DNA of 64,000 nucleotides from Bacillota bacterium (GCA_029781045.1 JAKOXL010000029.1:86627-150626); one strand, 5' to 3'; numbered from the stretch's first letter, positions 11,739 through 21,815 are shown. The notes: a model not told the origin generated them from the sequence alone. A program made the numbers and translations.

Positions 11739-12146
11739 ATGCGGGTAAAATCCGCAGTAGACTGGTGGGTAGGACTGCTCATCTGGTTCACCATTGTCAT
11801 ATCAATATCTACTCTGTTTTTGGTCCCCGAAAGCGAGCGAGGGGTCACGTTCCTTATAGTCGCGCCGGTAGTAGCTTTAATGCTCTGGATCTATTTCGGT
11901 ACGTACTATGAGCTGAAAGTGGATCATCTCTATTGCCGCAGTGGTCCACTTGTGGCTCGCATTCCCTATTGCGCTATTAAGTCGGCCCGACTGACAAGCA
12001 ATCCGATCTCTTCCATGGCCCTTTCCCTGCGGCGGATTGAGATTACTTACGTCAGCAAGAGCATATTCGGTGGCCTTGTTTATATTTCACCCCCGGATAG
12101 AGAAGGGTTTTTGCGGGAGCTAAAGCAACGATGCTCTAGGCTATGA
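11739..12146 (+). CDS. Membrane protein with a bacterial PH (bPH) domain
   Basis: Two N-terminal TM helices followed by a YEL...L.I..G-type PH fold pattern. RBS GGGGGAGGTG. Confidence 0.55.
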   Translation: MRVKSAVDWWVGLLIWFTIVISISTLFLVPESERGVTFLIVAPVVALMLWIYFGTYYELKVDHLYCRSGPLVARIPYCAIKSARLTSNPISSMALSLRRIEITYVSKSIFGGLVYISPPDREGFLRELKQRCSRL

Positions 12147-12265
12147 GCAACATAAGTACTGTTGTAGGAATCTATCGAGAGCTGTCGTACTCAGTCCAGT
12201 GAATGAGTGATGGCTAATCTTGAGTACAAAAACGGCCAGCCCCGGCTGGTTACATGGGAGTAGTT

Positions 12266-12829
12266 ATGAAGAACGATCCATTGAATTCCCTATATGAACG
12301 TAATCCGGAGACGGGCCACTATGTGATAGAGATTGCTTTGGATACTTATGGCGATGTTTTTAACGAGTGGGATCATGCCAGCTACCGCAAGCGCGACATG
12401 GATCCGGAACTGGCCTTTTTCCTTGAGGACAGTTCGGCGGAAATACCTCTCCGCTATGGCATTGATTTAGTCTTTTACTTGCCTAAGCAAGAAATGGATA
12501 AGGAGAAGGAAGGGATGGTTGCTTCGGTAGTTAAGAACTACTATAGGTTCTACGCGGACGTGGAGCGCAGAACGTTGCAAAGAACCTATCGTCGTATGTT
12601 AAATTACTTTCTTTCCGCTTTAGCCCTCCTCGCCTTTACGTATGTATTCAACTATTGGCAGCAGACCTTCTTCCTCGCCATCCTTTCGGAAGGACTGAGC
12701 GTAGGGAGTTGGTTCTGTATGTGGGAAGCCATTTCTTTTCTGCTCTTTGAGCGCAGCGAAGTAGTCGCTAAGATTAGGTCCTATGATCGCTTATCTAATG
12801 CGCCTATCTATTACCGCTATGACCCATAG
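12266..12829 (+). CDS. Hypothetical membrane protein
   Basis: Soluble N-terminal half and two C-terminal TM helices. No family recognised. Confidence 0.5.
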   Translation: MKNDPLNSLYERNPETGHYVIEIALDTYGDVFNEWDHASYRKRDMDPELAFFLEDSSAEIPLRYGIDLVFYLPKQEMDKEKEGMVASVVKNYYRFYADVERRTLQRTYRRMLNYFLSALALLAFTYVFNYWQQTFFLAILSEGLSVGSWFCMWEAISFLLFERSEVVAKIRSYDRLSNAPIYYRYDP

Positions 12830-12898
12830 CCCTAACGCTATCGGCCCCTTCTAGCAGACTGAAGCAAGAGCAAACCAGGAACAACCAAGGTTCCTGGT

Positions 12899-13360
12899 TT
12901 ATTTGTTGCTCTTGGCAGGCCGCACTAGGACACCCAGCTGCTGTAATCTAGCAGCTGTCACACCTTGGCCAGACAGCAACTGACCACTAAACGTACCATC
13001 ATAGAGTTGTGTGCAGCCACAGGAGGGACTGCGATCCTGCAGTATGGCCATCTTGACCCCAGCCCGTTGAGCAAGCTCGGCAACAGCTTGGGCACCCCAC
13101 AAGAACTGCTGGCTCACGTCTTCACCGGCGGAGTTTACTACTCTGGCTTTACCCGTCAGAACGGCGTGGCCATCACCACCAACTATTTCAGCTGCCGGGC
13201 GCGGCGTAGGTAGCCCTCCCAGTTGTTCCGGACATATGGGAATGGCTAAACCAGCTGCAACGAGGGCCATCACCTCGCTATTGGACTTGCTCTGCGCGTC
13301 ATAGCGGCAGGGTAGGCCAGCCAGGCAAGCACTAACTAAAATAGGGCTTTTCTCACTCAC
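12899..13360 (-). CDS. DUF523 (TudS-like [4Fe-4S] thiouracil desulfidase family) protein
   Basis: ILVSACLAGLPCRYD and SPSCG Cys motifs. The GTG start at 13360 overlaps the MFS TGA stop (GTGAGTGA). Confidence 0.7.
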   Translation of the reverse strand: MSEKSPILVSACLAGLPCRYDAQSKSNSEVMALVAAGLAIPICPEQLGGLPTPRPAAEIVGGDGHAVLTGKARVVNSAGEDVSQQFLWGAQAVAELAQRAGVKMAILQDRSPSCGCTQLYDGTFSGQLLSGQGVTAARLQQLGVLVRPAKSNK

Positions 13361-14699
13361 TGTCCACCGCACCTTCCTGCAACGACCGCGGTTGCTCCTT
13401 GACCAAGTTGGCAGCAAGCAGGGCCAGCAGGCTAAGGACAATAAACAGATTGAAAGCAAAGCGGAAGGCGGGAAGGGAATAGTGGGGCCCCGGAGCCACC
13501 CTCTCCAGGAGATGGCCAACATAGGAGTTGAGAATAGCAGTTCCGCCGAAACCAGCCATGTTAACTACGCCCGAAGCTATGCCGGATACGGCTGGGCTGT
13601 TTACCTGCTTCACATTGTTAAAGCAGAGGAGGAAGCCAATGGAGATGAATCCGAGCACAAAGTAGAGAAAATAGTTAAGCGCGAAAGGCGGACGGCCACC
13701 AGCCAAATGCAGAATATAGAACCAGATCAGGGTGTATAGGGTAGAGGTTGCGATAAGGATAGGCTTGATGCGCCCCATGCGGTCTGACAACCATCCCATG
13801 ACAGGACCTCCTAAAGCCACACCCAATGTCATCATAAGTACGATCTGGGAGGCTATCTGGCGGTCAACTCCGTAGGCCTGAGTCAAATAGGGGATACCCC
13901 AGAGCCCAGAAAAGGCTGTTACACTACCCGAAATGCAAAGGAAGTAGATAACATTTGGCCAAGTGTGGCGATTGCGCAACACGCACCAGAGAGCCTGCCA
14001 TAAGGGGATTTGGGGTTGAGAAGAAGCTGGATTGGGAGCTTGAAAACCCATTTCTTCTGGACGATCACGCACCAGCAACCATATTAACAAGGCAACGACT
14101 AGGGTTACCAAAGAAATATAGCGAAAGGTGGGGCGCCAGCCAAAAGCATCTACTAATAGGGCAAGGGGCGTAGTGGCTAGAATGCCGCCGAAGTTGCCGA
14201 CAACGGAGGTTAAGCCAGCAATGGTGGCAAACTCCCGGGCGTGGAACCAGATGGCTTGCATCTTGAGAGTGCAAATAAAAATAGCCCCCACCCCAATCCC
14301 AACTAGTAAGCGCCCTATGTAGGCCCAGCTACTTCTATTGGCCATACTGAAGAGCAAGGAACCTGCAGCAGCCACGAGCATACCTGCTGTAGCTGACCGG
14401 CGAGGTCCCACATAGTCGGCCAGTATTCCTGAAGGTATCTGCATAAATGCATAGGCATAGAAATACATGGAAGCCAAGAGCCCCAACTGGGTGCCCGACA
14501 ACCCCAAATCCCGCGTAAGGTCGTCGGCGACCACAGCCGTGGCATAGCGGTGAAAAAACACTATTAAGAAGGCAAGGGCCAATGTGCCCCAGACCACCCA
14601 TTTGTACCTATCAACTGAATTTCTCACGATAGCATCCCCTTTCTGCGATCTCGACCAGCCAAATAGAATTATACCACGGAAGCAACAACAACAGCCCAA
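13353..14699 (-). CDS. MFS transporter
   Basis: About 12 predicted TM helices and the MFS loop motif DYVGPRRS. The true start is probably internal, near VRNSVDRYKW. Confidence 0.85.
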   Translation of the reverse strand: MGCCCCFRGIILFGWSRSQKGDAIVRNSVDRYKWVVWGTLALAFLIVFFHRYATAVVADDLTRDLGLSGTQLGLLASMYFYAYAFMQIPSGILADYVGPRRSATAGMLVAAAGSLLFSMANRSSWAYIGRLLVGIGVGAIFICTLKMQAIWFHAREFATIAGLTSVVGNFGGILATTPLALLVDAFGWRPTFRYISLVTLVVALLIWLLVRDRPEEMGFQAPNPASSQPQIPLWQALWCVLRNRHTWPNVIYFLCISGSVTAFSGLWGIPYLTQAYGVDRQIASQIVLMMTLGVALGGPVMGWLSDRMGRIKPILIATSTLYTLIWFYILHLAGGRPPFALNYFLYFVLGFISIGFLLCFNNVKQVNSPAVSGIASGVVNMAGFGGTAILNSYVGHLLERVAPGPHYSLPAFRFAFNLFIVLSLLALLAANLVKEQPRSLQEGAVDSE

Positions 14700-14748
14700 C
14701 TAAGAGGGATGGGCTGTTGTTCTTAGCGACAGTGGTAGATGAAGAACG

Positions 14749-15918
14749 CTAGAGACCAGCGATTCCACCTAACCCCAAATACTCTGCTTGTATTTGGACG
14801 GCTCTTCGTATGGCCGATAGAGCTTTCTCCTGGCCCGGCTCAAACCATAAGTTCTCCACTCGCAGCGCATTCTGTTCCCGGTCTGCTCGCATTTCGATGC
14901 GGGCCACAAGCCACTCGCCATAGAGGACTGGTACCACGTAATAACCATACTGGCGCTTGGCCTTAGGCACATAGACTTCCCAGCGATAGTAGAAGTTCCA
15001 GAAATCCTCTAGTCGGTCTCGGTCCCACAGCAAGTTGTCTAGGGGCCCAAGGATGACTGCCGCTTCCGTTTCAGGCAGAGGCGGAGCCTGAATCAATTCG
15101 GGTAGGAACTCGCTCAAGCAATAGTAGATACGCTTTATACCGTCAATCTGCACCGGAACTACTTCCCCCCTAGTCACCAGTTCCATCAACAGACGCTTTT
15201 TGTTCGCTTTCGGCGCGTTATACCAACCAAAGCGGAAATGATTCAGCTGGCTCAGTCCATAGGCCCGCAGATATTTCCGCAAAGCAAAGGACTCCCACGC
15301 GGCCATGCCAACTTCCTGCCTGAGGAGGGAAGGGGGTACAAAACGTTCAGGCAGATCAAAGCGCCGAGTTCGTTGATTGTCGGCTCGCTGCGTGATTATC
15401 AGGTCTCCTATAAGGTGCAGGTAATCAAAGGCCAGCTTTTCTATCTTAGTGCGCGGCTCATTGTCCCACCAACCAGAGATCTTCTGGCCGGAGTTGAAAT
15501 TGCTACAAGAGGCTTCACCGTACCTCTTGATGCGTGACATTATCTGCTCCATAGTTTGGCGTACTTGGAAATCAATTTGGGCAGCCACTAGTTCTTGCTG
15601 CTGCTTCATAGCCCGTCGAAAATAGGGGTAATCTTCAATGGGCAAGATGCAGAGGGCGTTACAATAATACTCAAAGGCTTGGCGTTTCTGGTAGAGCATT
15701 TGTCCGAGCCATTCAGGCCGATATCCATGGACGCGGTTATACAAAACCTGATGGTGGTTTCTCTCAAAAGGACATAGAGGGTCAATTTGAACGGCCTCCA
15801 GATGGCGTAAAGCCTGAATCACTCCTTCTGCCCCCGCAAATTGACTATTGAAGGCTGTGAACATCTGACGACGGACTAGAAACCGCCTAGCTTGCTCAGG
15901 GGATATGGTAACACTCAT
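14749..15918 (-). CDS. Winged-helix DNA glycosylase-like protein (DUF1006; AlkZ/YcaQ family)
   Basis: Family-typical N-terminus (ISPEQARRFLVRRQ) and C-terminus (YGYYVVPVLYGEWLVARIE). Start taken at MSVTIS. Confidence 0.7.
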   Translation of the reverse strand: MSVTISPEQARRFLVRRQMFTAFNSQFAGAEGVIQALRHLEAVQIDPLCPFERNHHQVLYNRVHGYRPEWLGQMLYQKRQAFEYYCNALCILPIEDYPYFRRAMKQQQELVAAQIDFQVRQTMEQIMSRIKRYGEASCSNFNSGQKISGWWDNEPRTKIEKLAFDYLHLIGDLIITQRADNQRTRRFDLPERFVPPSLLRQEVGMAAWESFALRKYLRAYGLSQLNHFRFGWYNAPKANKKRLLMELVTRGEVVPVQIDGIKRIYYCLSEFLPELIQAPPLPETEAAVILGPLDNLLWDRDRLEDFWNFYYRWEVYVPKAKRQYGYYVVPVLYGEWLVARIEMRADREQNALRVENLWFEPGQEKALSAIRRAVQIQAEYLGLGGIAGL

Positions 15919-16097
15919 AGGCAACTCAAGCCTCCCAGTCACTTTGAAGTCATTGTAGCGAACATACATTTGTAACGTCAAGCAGATTCTGCTAAGATGG
16001 AAAAGAGCAGTAAATACGGGATATAGGTGGTTAGGAGTGAGCAGCTTGACATCCTGGGTAATTGTGAGAGAATTAACTTAGCCTGGGAGGTGGCGAG

Positions 16098-16991
16098 ATG
16101 AGTATAAAAATCATATCAGATAGTGCTTGTGACTTACCCGACGAGATAATAGCAGAATATGATATTGAAATAGTACCATTTCACGTTTTGCTAGATGGCG
16201 TAGATTACCTGGATCGGGTCACAATCCAACCGCAAGAGCTATATCAAAGGATGCGCGCAGGAGCCATGCCGAAGACTTCTCAGATCACTCCTATGCAGTT
16301 TATCGAAGTTTTTGGTAAGTATGTGGCGGCTGGGCTGCAGTGCATATACATAGCCTTTTCTTCCAAGCTATCGGGAACTTGTGAAATGGCAAGGCTTGCT
16401 GCTCAGCATGTTAAAGACGAGTTTCCAGGTTGCGAGATTGCGATCATCGACAGCCAGTGTGGAGCACTAGCCCAAGGCTTAGCTGTCTATAATGCGGCCA
16501 AGATGGCTCGGGAGGGGAAGTCGCTACAGGAGATCGTAGCAGCTATTACGTTGCAGTATCGCCATACGGAGCACATTTTTTCTGTTGATGACTTAGAATA
16601 TCTTTACCGTGGTGGCCGAGTTAGCCGCATTAGTTCGTTTGTGGGTGGCTTACTTAACGTGAAGCCCATTTTACACGTTAAGGAAGGCTGTATGATTCCT
16701 CTAGAGAAAGTGCGGGGGAAGGCTAAAGCCATAAGACGCATTGTGCAGTTGATGTCTGAACGGGGAGCAAATCTACAGGAGCAACTGGTGGCAATCAACC
16801 ATGCCGATGATCTGGTTTCTGCGCTAAAGCTTAAGGAGCTGATCGAAGAGCTATTTGCTACCAGCAACTTTATCATTAATACAGTGGGCTGCGTGTTGGG
16901 ATCCCATATCGGTATTGGAGGAGTGGCGGCCTTCTTCTTGAACAAGGAATACTACCAGCAGAAAGGTGCCACCCTCGGGGTGCCCAACTAG
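16098..16991 (+). CDS. DegV-family fatty-acid-binding protein
   Basis: IISDSACDLP N-terminus and DegV fold pattern throughout. Confidence 0.9.
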   Translation: MSIKIISDSACDLPDEIIAEYDIEIVPFHVLLDGVDYLDRVTIQPQELYQRMRAGAMPKTSQITPMQFIEVFGKYVAAGLQCIYIAFSSKLSGTCEMARLAAQHVKDEFPGCEIAIIDSQCGALAQGLAVYNAAKMAREGKSLQEIVAAITLQYRHTEHIFSVDDLEYLYRGGRVSRISSFVGGLLNVKPILHVKEGCMIPLEKVRGKAKAIRRIVQLMSERGANLQEQLVAINHADDLVSALKLKELIEELFATSNFIINTVGCVLGSHIGIGGVAAFFLNKEYYQQKGATLGVPN

Positions 16992-17022
16992 TAACTGTTC
17001 TTAGAAAGGATGTGGGAGATGG

Positions 17023-17688
17023 ATGAAGATTGAATTCTTAGGTCACGCATGTTTTCTTCTGGAGAGCTCCGGCTACAAACTGTTAGTTGACCCTTTCTTA
17101 ACTGGCAATAAGCTGGCGGCGAAGAAAGCCGACCAATTGGTTGTTGACTACATCTTTGTCACCCATGGCCACGATGACCATGTCGGGGATGCTATCAGCA
17201 TAGCCAAGAGAACAGGGGCAACCATAGTGGCGGTTGTGGAAATTGTCCGACATTTGTTTGCGCCAGCCGACGTGAAGACGCTGGCCGGAAACATAGGAGG
17301 AAGACAAAAGGCTCCTTTCGGTAGCTTTAAGTTTGTCCCTGCCAACCACGGCAGCGGTGTTCCCGGGGCTTTGTCCTGCGGATTCGTCATTGAAGTTGAA
17401 GGTAAAAAGATCTATCATGCGGGCGACACCGGCCTGGTCTCCGAAATGTGTTTTCTCGCGGATGAGCAAATAGATGTAGCCCTTTTACCGATTGGTGATT
17501 ATTACACCATGGGGCCACAAGACGCGGTCAAAGCCGTAGAATTGATTAAGCCCAAATGTGTGATACCCATGCATTACAACACCTTTCCAGTCATAAACCA
17601 GAATCCGCATGCCTTTAAGGAGGAAGTGGAAAGGCGCAACCTCAGCCGGGTTGTAGTACTGAGTCCAGGCCAAGTGCTGGAACTATAG
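17023..17688 (+). CDS. UPF0173 metal-dependent hydrolase (MBL fold)
   Basis: MKIEFLGHACFLLES and THGHDDHVGD motifs. Confidence 0.85.
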   Translation: MKIEFLGHACFLLESSGYKLLVDPFLTGNKLAAKKADQLVVDYIFVTHGHDDHVGDAISIAKRTGATIVAVVEIVRHLFAPADVKTLAGNIGGRQKAPFGSFKFVPANHGSGVPGALSCGFVIEVEGKKIYHAGDTGLVSEMCFLADEQIDVALLPIGDYYTMGPQDAVKAVELIKPKCVIPMHYNTFPVINQNPHAFKEEVERRNLSRVVVLSPGQVLEL

Positions 17689-17863
17689 TTGCAGCTGCGA
17701 AGGATTACATATTGCTAGGTTTCCGCCATAGCGTAACGTTTTGTGAAATCCGCAGAGCGCGTATGAGCGATATTAGTTGCATTAGTTGCGCAGGCCTTCA
17801 ATTAGGATTAGCTAGTTGGAGGCCGGTTTGCTTTTTTGCAGACCGTTGAAAAATACGCGAAGC

Positions 17864-17898
<35 letters not shown>

Positions 17899-18628
17899 AG
17901 CAATCACAACGTCCGATAATGTATCTTATGTGAACTAAGGTTTTGTTTAAGTGGTGGGATCGCCCAAGCAATCCCGCGTGGCGTTAGTGCGTTAATTGAG
18001 GAACGGACTCCAATCACGGCCACGCAGTGTATCAAACATTACTTCTTGGCCACGCGGCGCCAAAATGATTGAAACTGGTTTGATCACTATAACTCACAGA
18101 TCTCGAATGCAACCAAGTTGATTTCTCGTCTCCAGGACTGGCAACAGCACCGATCACGCCCATATGTCCAGTTTTGGCCCATGCGATACCATTGCCCACC
18201 CTCTTAAAACGCCTCTAAAAGCCTTCTAGCACTCCCATTTCTTGGGAGCACGCTTGTTGCCAGCTGTGAAGGCGGCGCCAGGCGCTTGTGATGGCCGACT
18301 AAAGGCATCCAAACACCAACTAGAAGGCTGACAAGTCGCTCAAGCTACTATTGGGCAGGCCGGTTGCGGAAAAGAGGATGAAAGGTGTTGTTCAGCACGA
18401 TCTGTGCGCAGGGCGCCCCCAGTGGGCCCCGAGCACACAATAGGCGCGGTTTCACGCTTAGGACAGTCTGGATGTCTCAAAATAGATATGACCAGTGGTT
18501 TTGAGATGGCCAGTTATACTGTGAGACAACCACTTATGTTCACCGAGCGCAGCTTGCTACCCTTCTCAACCATATCTCAGCTATACGGCCTCTCCATCCA
18601 GGCCGAATTCCCTTCTAAGCAATAGAAA

Positions 18629-18647
18629 GAGGAGGCAAAGCCTCCTC
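18629..18647 (-). terminator. Candidate terminator of the SCIFF operon
   Basis: gaggaggc-aaa-gcctcctc. On the minus strand it is followed by TTTCTATT. It lies about 200 nt after the maturase stop. Confidence 0.45.
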
Positions 18648-18846
18648 CCCACTTCCCAGCCAACAGTCCTTGGCCGCAATTATCGCTATTACAATCCGTA
18701 TTACAGCCATTCCTTTTTCTAGGAGCATCCTCTTCAGTCATGGATGTGCTCCCTGGAAGAAGGCGGCCTGCTAAGAAAGCGCCTTTTCACACTTCCTAAT
18801 CGACTGCAATGCCGAGCACAGCTCATCCTCCCTATGATTGGATCTT

Positions 18847-20190
18847 CTAACCCTCTGCTGTTGCCGCTAGAGCGTAGAGTGCGCACTCTAATCGCTTCTT
18901 CTGTAGAGCACAGGCTAAGGGCTCCGGTTTACTAAAGTCTTGGTTGGTAAACCAGGCTTGGGCCATGCAACCGCCGGAGCAAAGGAAGCGGGCCCAGCAA
19001 TCCACGCACTGCGGCTTACAATATAGGTTAACCTCTTGGAATCGGCGAGAGAGATCTAAACGGGTGATGCCTTGCATCACGTTACCAATAAGCCACTCCG
19101 GCTGACCGACGAACTGGTGGCAGGGATACAGCTCACCGCTAGGAGTGACAGCCAGATAGTCGTAACCTGCACCACAACCAGTGACTCTTTTTATGACGCA
19201 AGGACCATGGTCTAGACTAAGGTTAAAATGGAAAAACGCAAATGGTTTTCCTGCTTTGTGCTGGGCCACATAGTAGGCGGCTAGACGCTCATACTCTTCC
19301 ATTAGTCGCGGCAGGTCCTCTGGCCGCAAAGCATAATCGTCCTGAGGCGCGCCCACCACCGGTTCCATGGATATATGTCGAAAGCCTAAGTCAACCAAGT
19401 GGACCACATCAGCAGCAAAGTCCAGATTATGTCGTGTATAGGTCCCCCGCACATAATAGTTGTCGTGGTCACGAGAGGCTACGAAGCGTTGCATGTCGGG
19501 CACTATGTCCTGATAGCTTCCGGAACCATCACAATAGGGCCGCGCCCGGTCATTCACTTCTGGCCGTCCATCTAAACTGAGAACAACCGCGATGTGCTCA
19601 CGATTAAGAAACTCTTCCACTTCTTGAGTGAGCAGAGTCGCATTAGTTGTCAGCGTGAAGCGAAAGACTTTGTTGAACTCCTCCTCCAGTTGGCGCCCAT
19701 AGGCCACCAACTCCTTCACCACAGGAAAATTGAGCAACGGCTCCCCGCCAAAAAAGTCTACCTCCAGATTACGCCGAGGGCCAGAACTACGCACTAAGAA
19801 ATCAAGGGCTGCTCGCCCGACCTCAGCTGACATAAGCTCTCGTGCACCGCCGAAGGGACCGGTGCCGGCAAAGCAATACATACAGCGTAAGTTGCAGTCG
19901 TGGGCCAGGTGTAAACACAGAGCCTTCACTAGAGGGGGCTCAGCTAACTGCAACTGGGGGCGAGGAAGTGCAGGAGTGTTTATTAGTCCCCTATTGCTTA
20001 GCTCTCTAAGCTCCGCCAAGCCGCTACGAACATCCTCGACCTGGTACCGTCCATCCAGGCATCTTAATGCATCCTCTTCCTCCCAGCTGTCTAGCTCCAG
20101 TAGATCCCAAACTACCTGGTCTATTTCATGCAGACTGTTACTATTCTCATCAAACAGGAGTCGGTGGCCATTGATCATAAACTTATGCAT
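18847..20190 (-). CDS. SCIFF radical SAM / SPASM maturase
   Basis: CNLRCMYC (CxxxCxxC) and a C-terminal SPASM Cys cluster (CVDCWARFLCSGGC). It sits immediately downstream of the SCIFF peptide. RBS GAGGAGGG precedes the ATG at 20190. Confidence 0.9.
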   Translation of the reverse strand: MHKFMINGHRLLFDENSNSLHEIDQVVWDLLELDSWEEEDALRCLDGRYQVEDVRSGLAELRELSNRGLINTPALPRPQLQLAEPPLVKALCLHLAHDCNLRCMYCFAGTGPFGGARELMSAEVGRAALDFLVRSSGPRRNLEVDFFGGEPLLNFPVVKELVAYGRQLEEEFNKVFRFTLTTNATLLTQEVEEFLNREHIAVVLSLDGRPEVNDRARPYCDGSGSYQDIVPDMQRFVASRDHDNYYVRGTYTRHNLDFAADVVHLVDLGFRHISMEPVVGAPQDDYALRPEDLPRLMEEYERLAAYYVAQHKAGKPFAFFHFNLSLDHGPCVIKRVTGCGAGYDYLAVTPSGELYPCHQFVGQPEWLIGNVMQGITRLDLSRRFQEVNLYCKPQCVDCWARFLCSGGCMAQAWFTNQDFSKPEPLACALQKKRLECALYALAATAEG

Positions 20191-20253
20191 GAAAACCCTC
20201 CTCAAAAAAACATTGACCCCAACTATTAGGGTCAATGATAACGGTCAGAATTC

Positions 20254-20400
20254 CTAACGAGTTGCGTTTTCACAGACCTGGTTGCCGACTGTACAAGATG
20301 TCTTGCAGGCCGATTGGCAGGATGTTTGACACTCTTTGCAACCCATGGCAGCTGTCACTTTCGGCATGCTACCCGCATGTATTGTTTTGATATGTTTCAT
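20254..20400 (-). CDS. SCIFF (six-cysteines-in-forty-five) ranthipeptide precursor, 48 aa
   Basis: My translation is MKHIKTIHAGSMPKVTAAMGCKECQTSCQSACKTSCTVGNQVCENATR. The RBS is AAGGTGGA. It falls below the ORF-track length cutoff. Confidence 0.9.
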   Translation of the reverse strand: MKHIKTIHAGSMPKVTAAMGCKECQTSCQSACKTSCTVGNQVCENATR

Positions 20401-20436
20401 TAGCAAATCCACCTTTCGCCAACAGTTTGCGCCATT

Positions 20437-20465
20437 ATTATACCATAGGTGTTATGCTATCACAA
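20437..20465 (-). promoter_or_regulatory. Candidate promoter of the SCIFF operon (TTGTGA-N17-TATAAT)
   Basis: Hexamers read on the minus strand, about 40 nt upstream of the peptide ATG. Confidence 0.5.
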
Positions 20466-20491
20466 TGCGTTTGCCACTGCTAAGAGTTCAG

Positions 20492-21736
20492 CTATATAGG
20501 CAACTGCTGTAGTAACAGTACTAGTGTCACCTTGCACAGCAGACCTATTGGGTAGGTGGCTCCATACCCACCCGCAGCTTCGTTGCGGCCGGTGGCATCA
20601 ATAGCTGCACCTAGTCCGGGCGTAGATGTCATAGCACCACAGATGGCTCCTGAAAGCAATACCCAGTTCAACCCCAAGCCATAGCGGCCAAAGAGAAAAC
20701 CCACTAATATGGACATGGCCGTGGTAGACATGCCTACCAAGACCAGCAGAGCGTTGGGGCCCACCATAGCAGTTACAGCTTGATGACCATAGTTTAGCCC
20801 CACATAGGCCAAGAAAAAGTATAACGCCAGCTGCTTCACCACATTCATAGCCTTTTCATCTATGCTAAACTTTAGCGGACCTAAACGACCCCGGCTACCA
20901 AGCAAGAGGGCTGTGATCAACACCCCACCGGTTGTACCTAAACTGACCTGCCCCACTTCGCCCAGAGGAAGGCTCAGACGCCCCACCAAAAAACCGATGA
21001 GGCACACAGACACGAACCCTAGAATGTCGAAGCCGGATTTGGACGGTGGTTCTACTGCCTCCCGCCCTCCCAGATGCTCCAGCAAGGTGCTAGTTTCATG
21101 CCCCAGATCTATACGGAAAAGCTTAGGCAAGAGCTGGATGCCTGTGATTACAGTTATCACGCTAAACGGATAGGCCACCGCATAACCAAGCCCCACACTG
21201 GCCTGTGCCTCCCGGGCGGCCTGCGAAAGTGGATCAGCGAACTGCTTGGCTGCTGACTCCAAGGCCACACCCAGACCAGGAGAGCTGGTAAGGGCCCCAG
21301 TGTATACGCCAGTAATAGCCCTAGAATCTAGACCGGGTATCATGCGAAAAAGCAGATAAGCGGTACCCGCCCCGGCGGAAGTAATGACCACGGCCAGAAT
21401 GAGGAATTTCACTCCATTACCGCGAAACACCCTTGCCACATCTTGGGCAGCCAAGAGTCCTACAGAGGCCACAAAGAGTAGGAGCAAGAAATCAAAATAG
21501 GCTTTATCGATTAGCCCTTGCTGCAGAATCCGCTCTACGTAGGCGGGTACAGCCCTACCTCCATTCACGTATGGGCTAACCAAGCAACGATAGACAAAAC
21601 AGCTTAAACCCATACCGGCAAAGAGGGTGCCCGATACACCCAGTTTAAACTTGGCTAGGCTAATACGCCCTAAGAACTGCCCCAGAAAAATACTTAAGCA
21701 CAATAAAAAAAGAGGATTGGTGAGCAACTCCATCAA
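20492..21736 (-). CDS. Putative AAE-family (YidE/YbjL-like) permease
   Basis: 414 aa, polytopic, with an internal duplication and an N-terminus typical of Asp-Al_Ex domains. Confidence 0.6.
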   Translation of the reverse strand: MMELLTNPLFLLCLSIFLGQFLGRISLAKFKLGVSGTLFAGMGLSCFVYRCLVSPYVNGGRAVPAYVERILQQGLIDKAYFDFLLLLFVASVGLLAAQDVARVFRGNGVKFLILAVVITSAGAGTAYLLFRMIPGLDSRAITGVYTGALTSSPGLGVALESAAKQFADPLSQAAREAQASVGLGYAVAYPFSVITVITGIQLLPKLFRIDLGHETSTLLEHLGGREAVEPPSKSGFDILGFVSVCLIGFLVGRLSLPLGEVGQVSLGTTGGVLITALLLGSRGRLGPLKFSIDEKAMNVVKQLALYFFLAYVGLNYGHQAVTAMVGPNALLVLVGMSTTAMSILVGFLFGRYGLGLNWVLLSGAICGAMTSTPGLGAAIDATGRNEAAGGYGATYPIGLLCKVTLVLLLQQLPI

Positions 21737-21815
21737 ATCTCATCTCCCGTATGCTCAAGTCCTCTTGTAAGTATAACTGATTTTGTGGCATTACAGTGGC
21801 TAAATTTATAGTCTC

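Noticed and set aside
17765-17848. 27-aa Cys-containing + strand ORF (MSDISCISCAGLQ...) near the radical SAM gene as a second precursor peptide
   Set aside because: It has no RBS, is on the opposite strand and convergent to the maturase, and its repeated SC pattern simply reflects the tandem 9-mer ATTAGTTGC x2.
18404-18625. 73-aa ORF inside the long gap, ending just before the 18629-18647 hairpin
   Set aside because: It has a GTG start without any SD sequence and no recognisable motif. The hairpin lacks a U-tract on the + strand, and an ORF of this length is expected by chance.
18615-18728. Small hydrophobic minus-strand ORF (MAVIRIVIAIIAAKDCWLGSGEEALPPLSIA, or 6 aa longer) resembling a type I toxin
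   Set aside because: The purine-rich stretches abut the ATGs with 0-1 nt spacing, so there is no functional SD. The ORF also reads through the putative terminator hairpin. It remains only a weak possibility.
19730-20257. 175-aa + strand ORF antisense to the SCIFF maturase, plus similar antisense ORFs (7859-8329, 24172-24618, 22752-23150, 25878-26240)
   Set aside because: They lie wholly inside well-supported genes on the opposite strand and have low-complexity Ser/Arg/Pro-rich translations typical of antisense frames.
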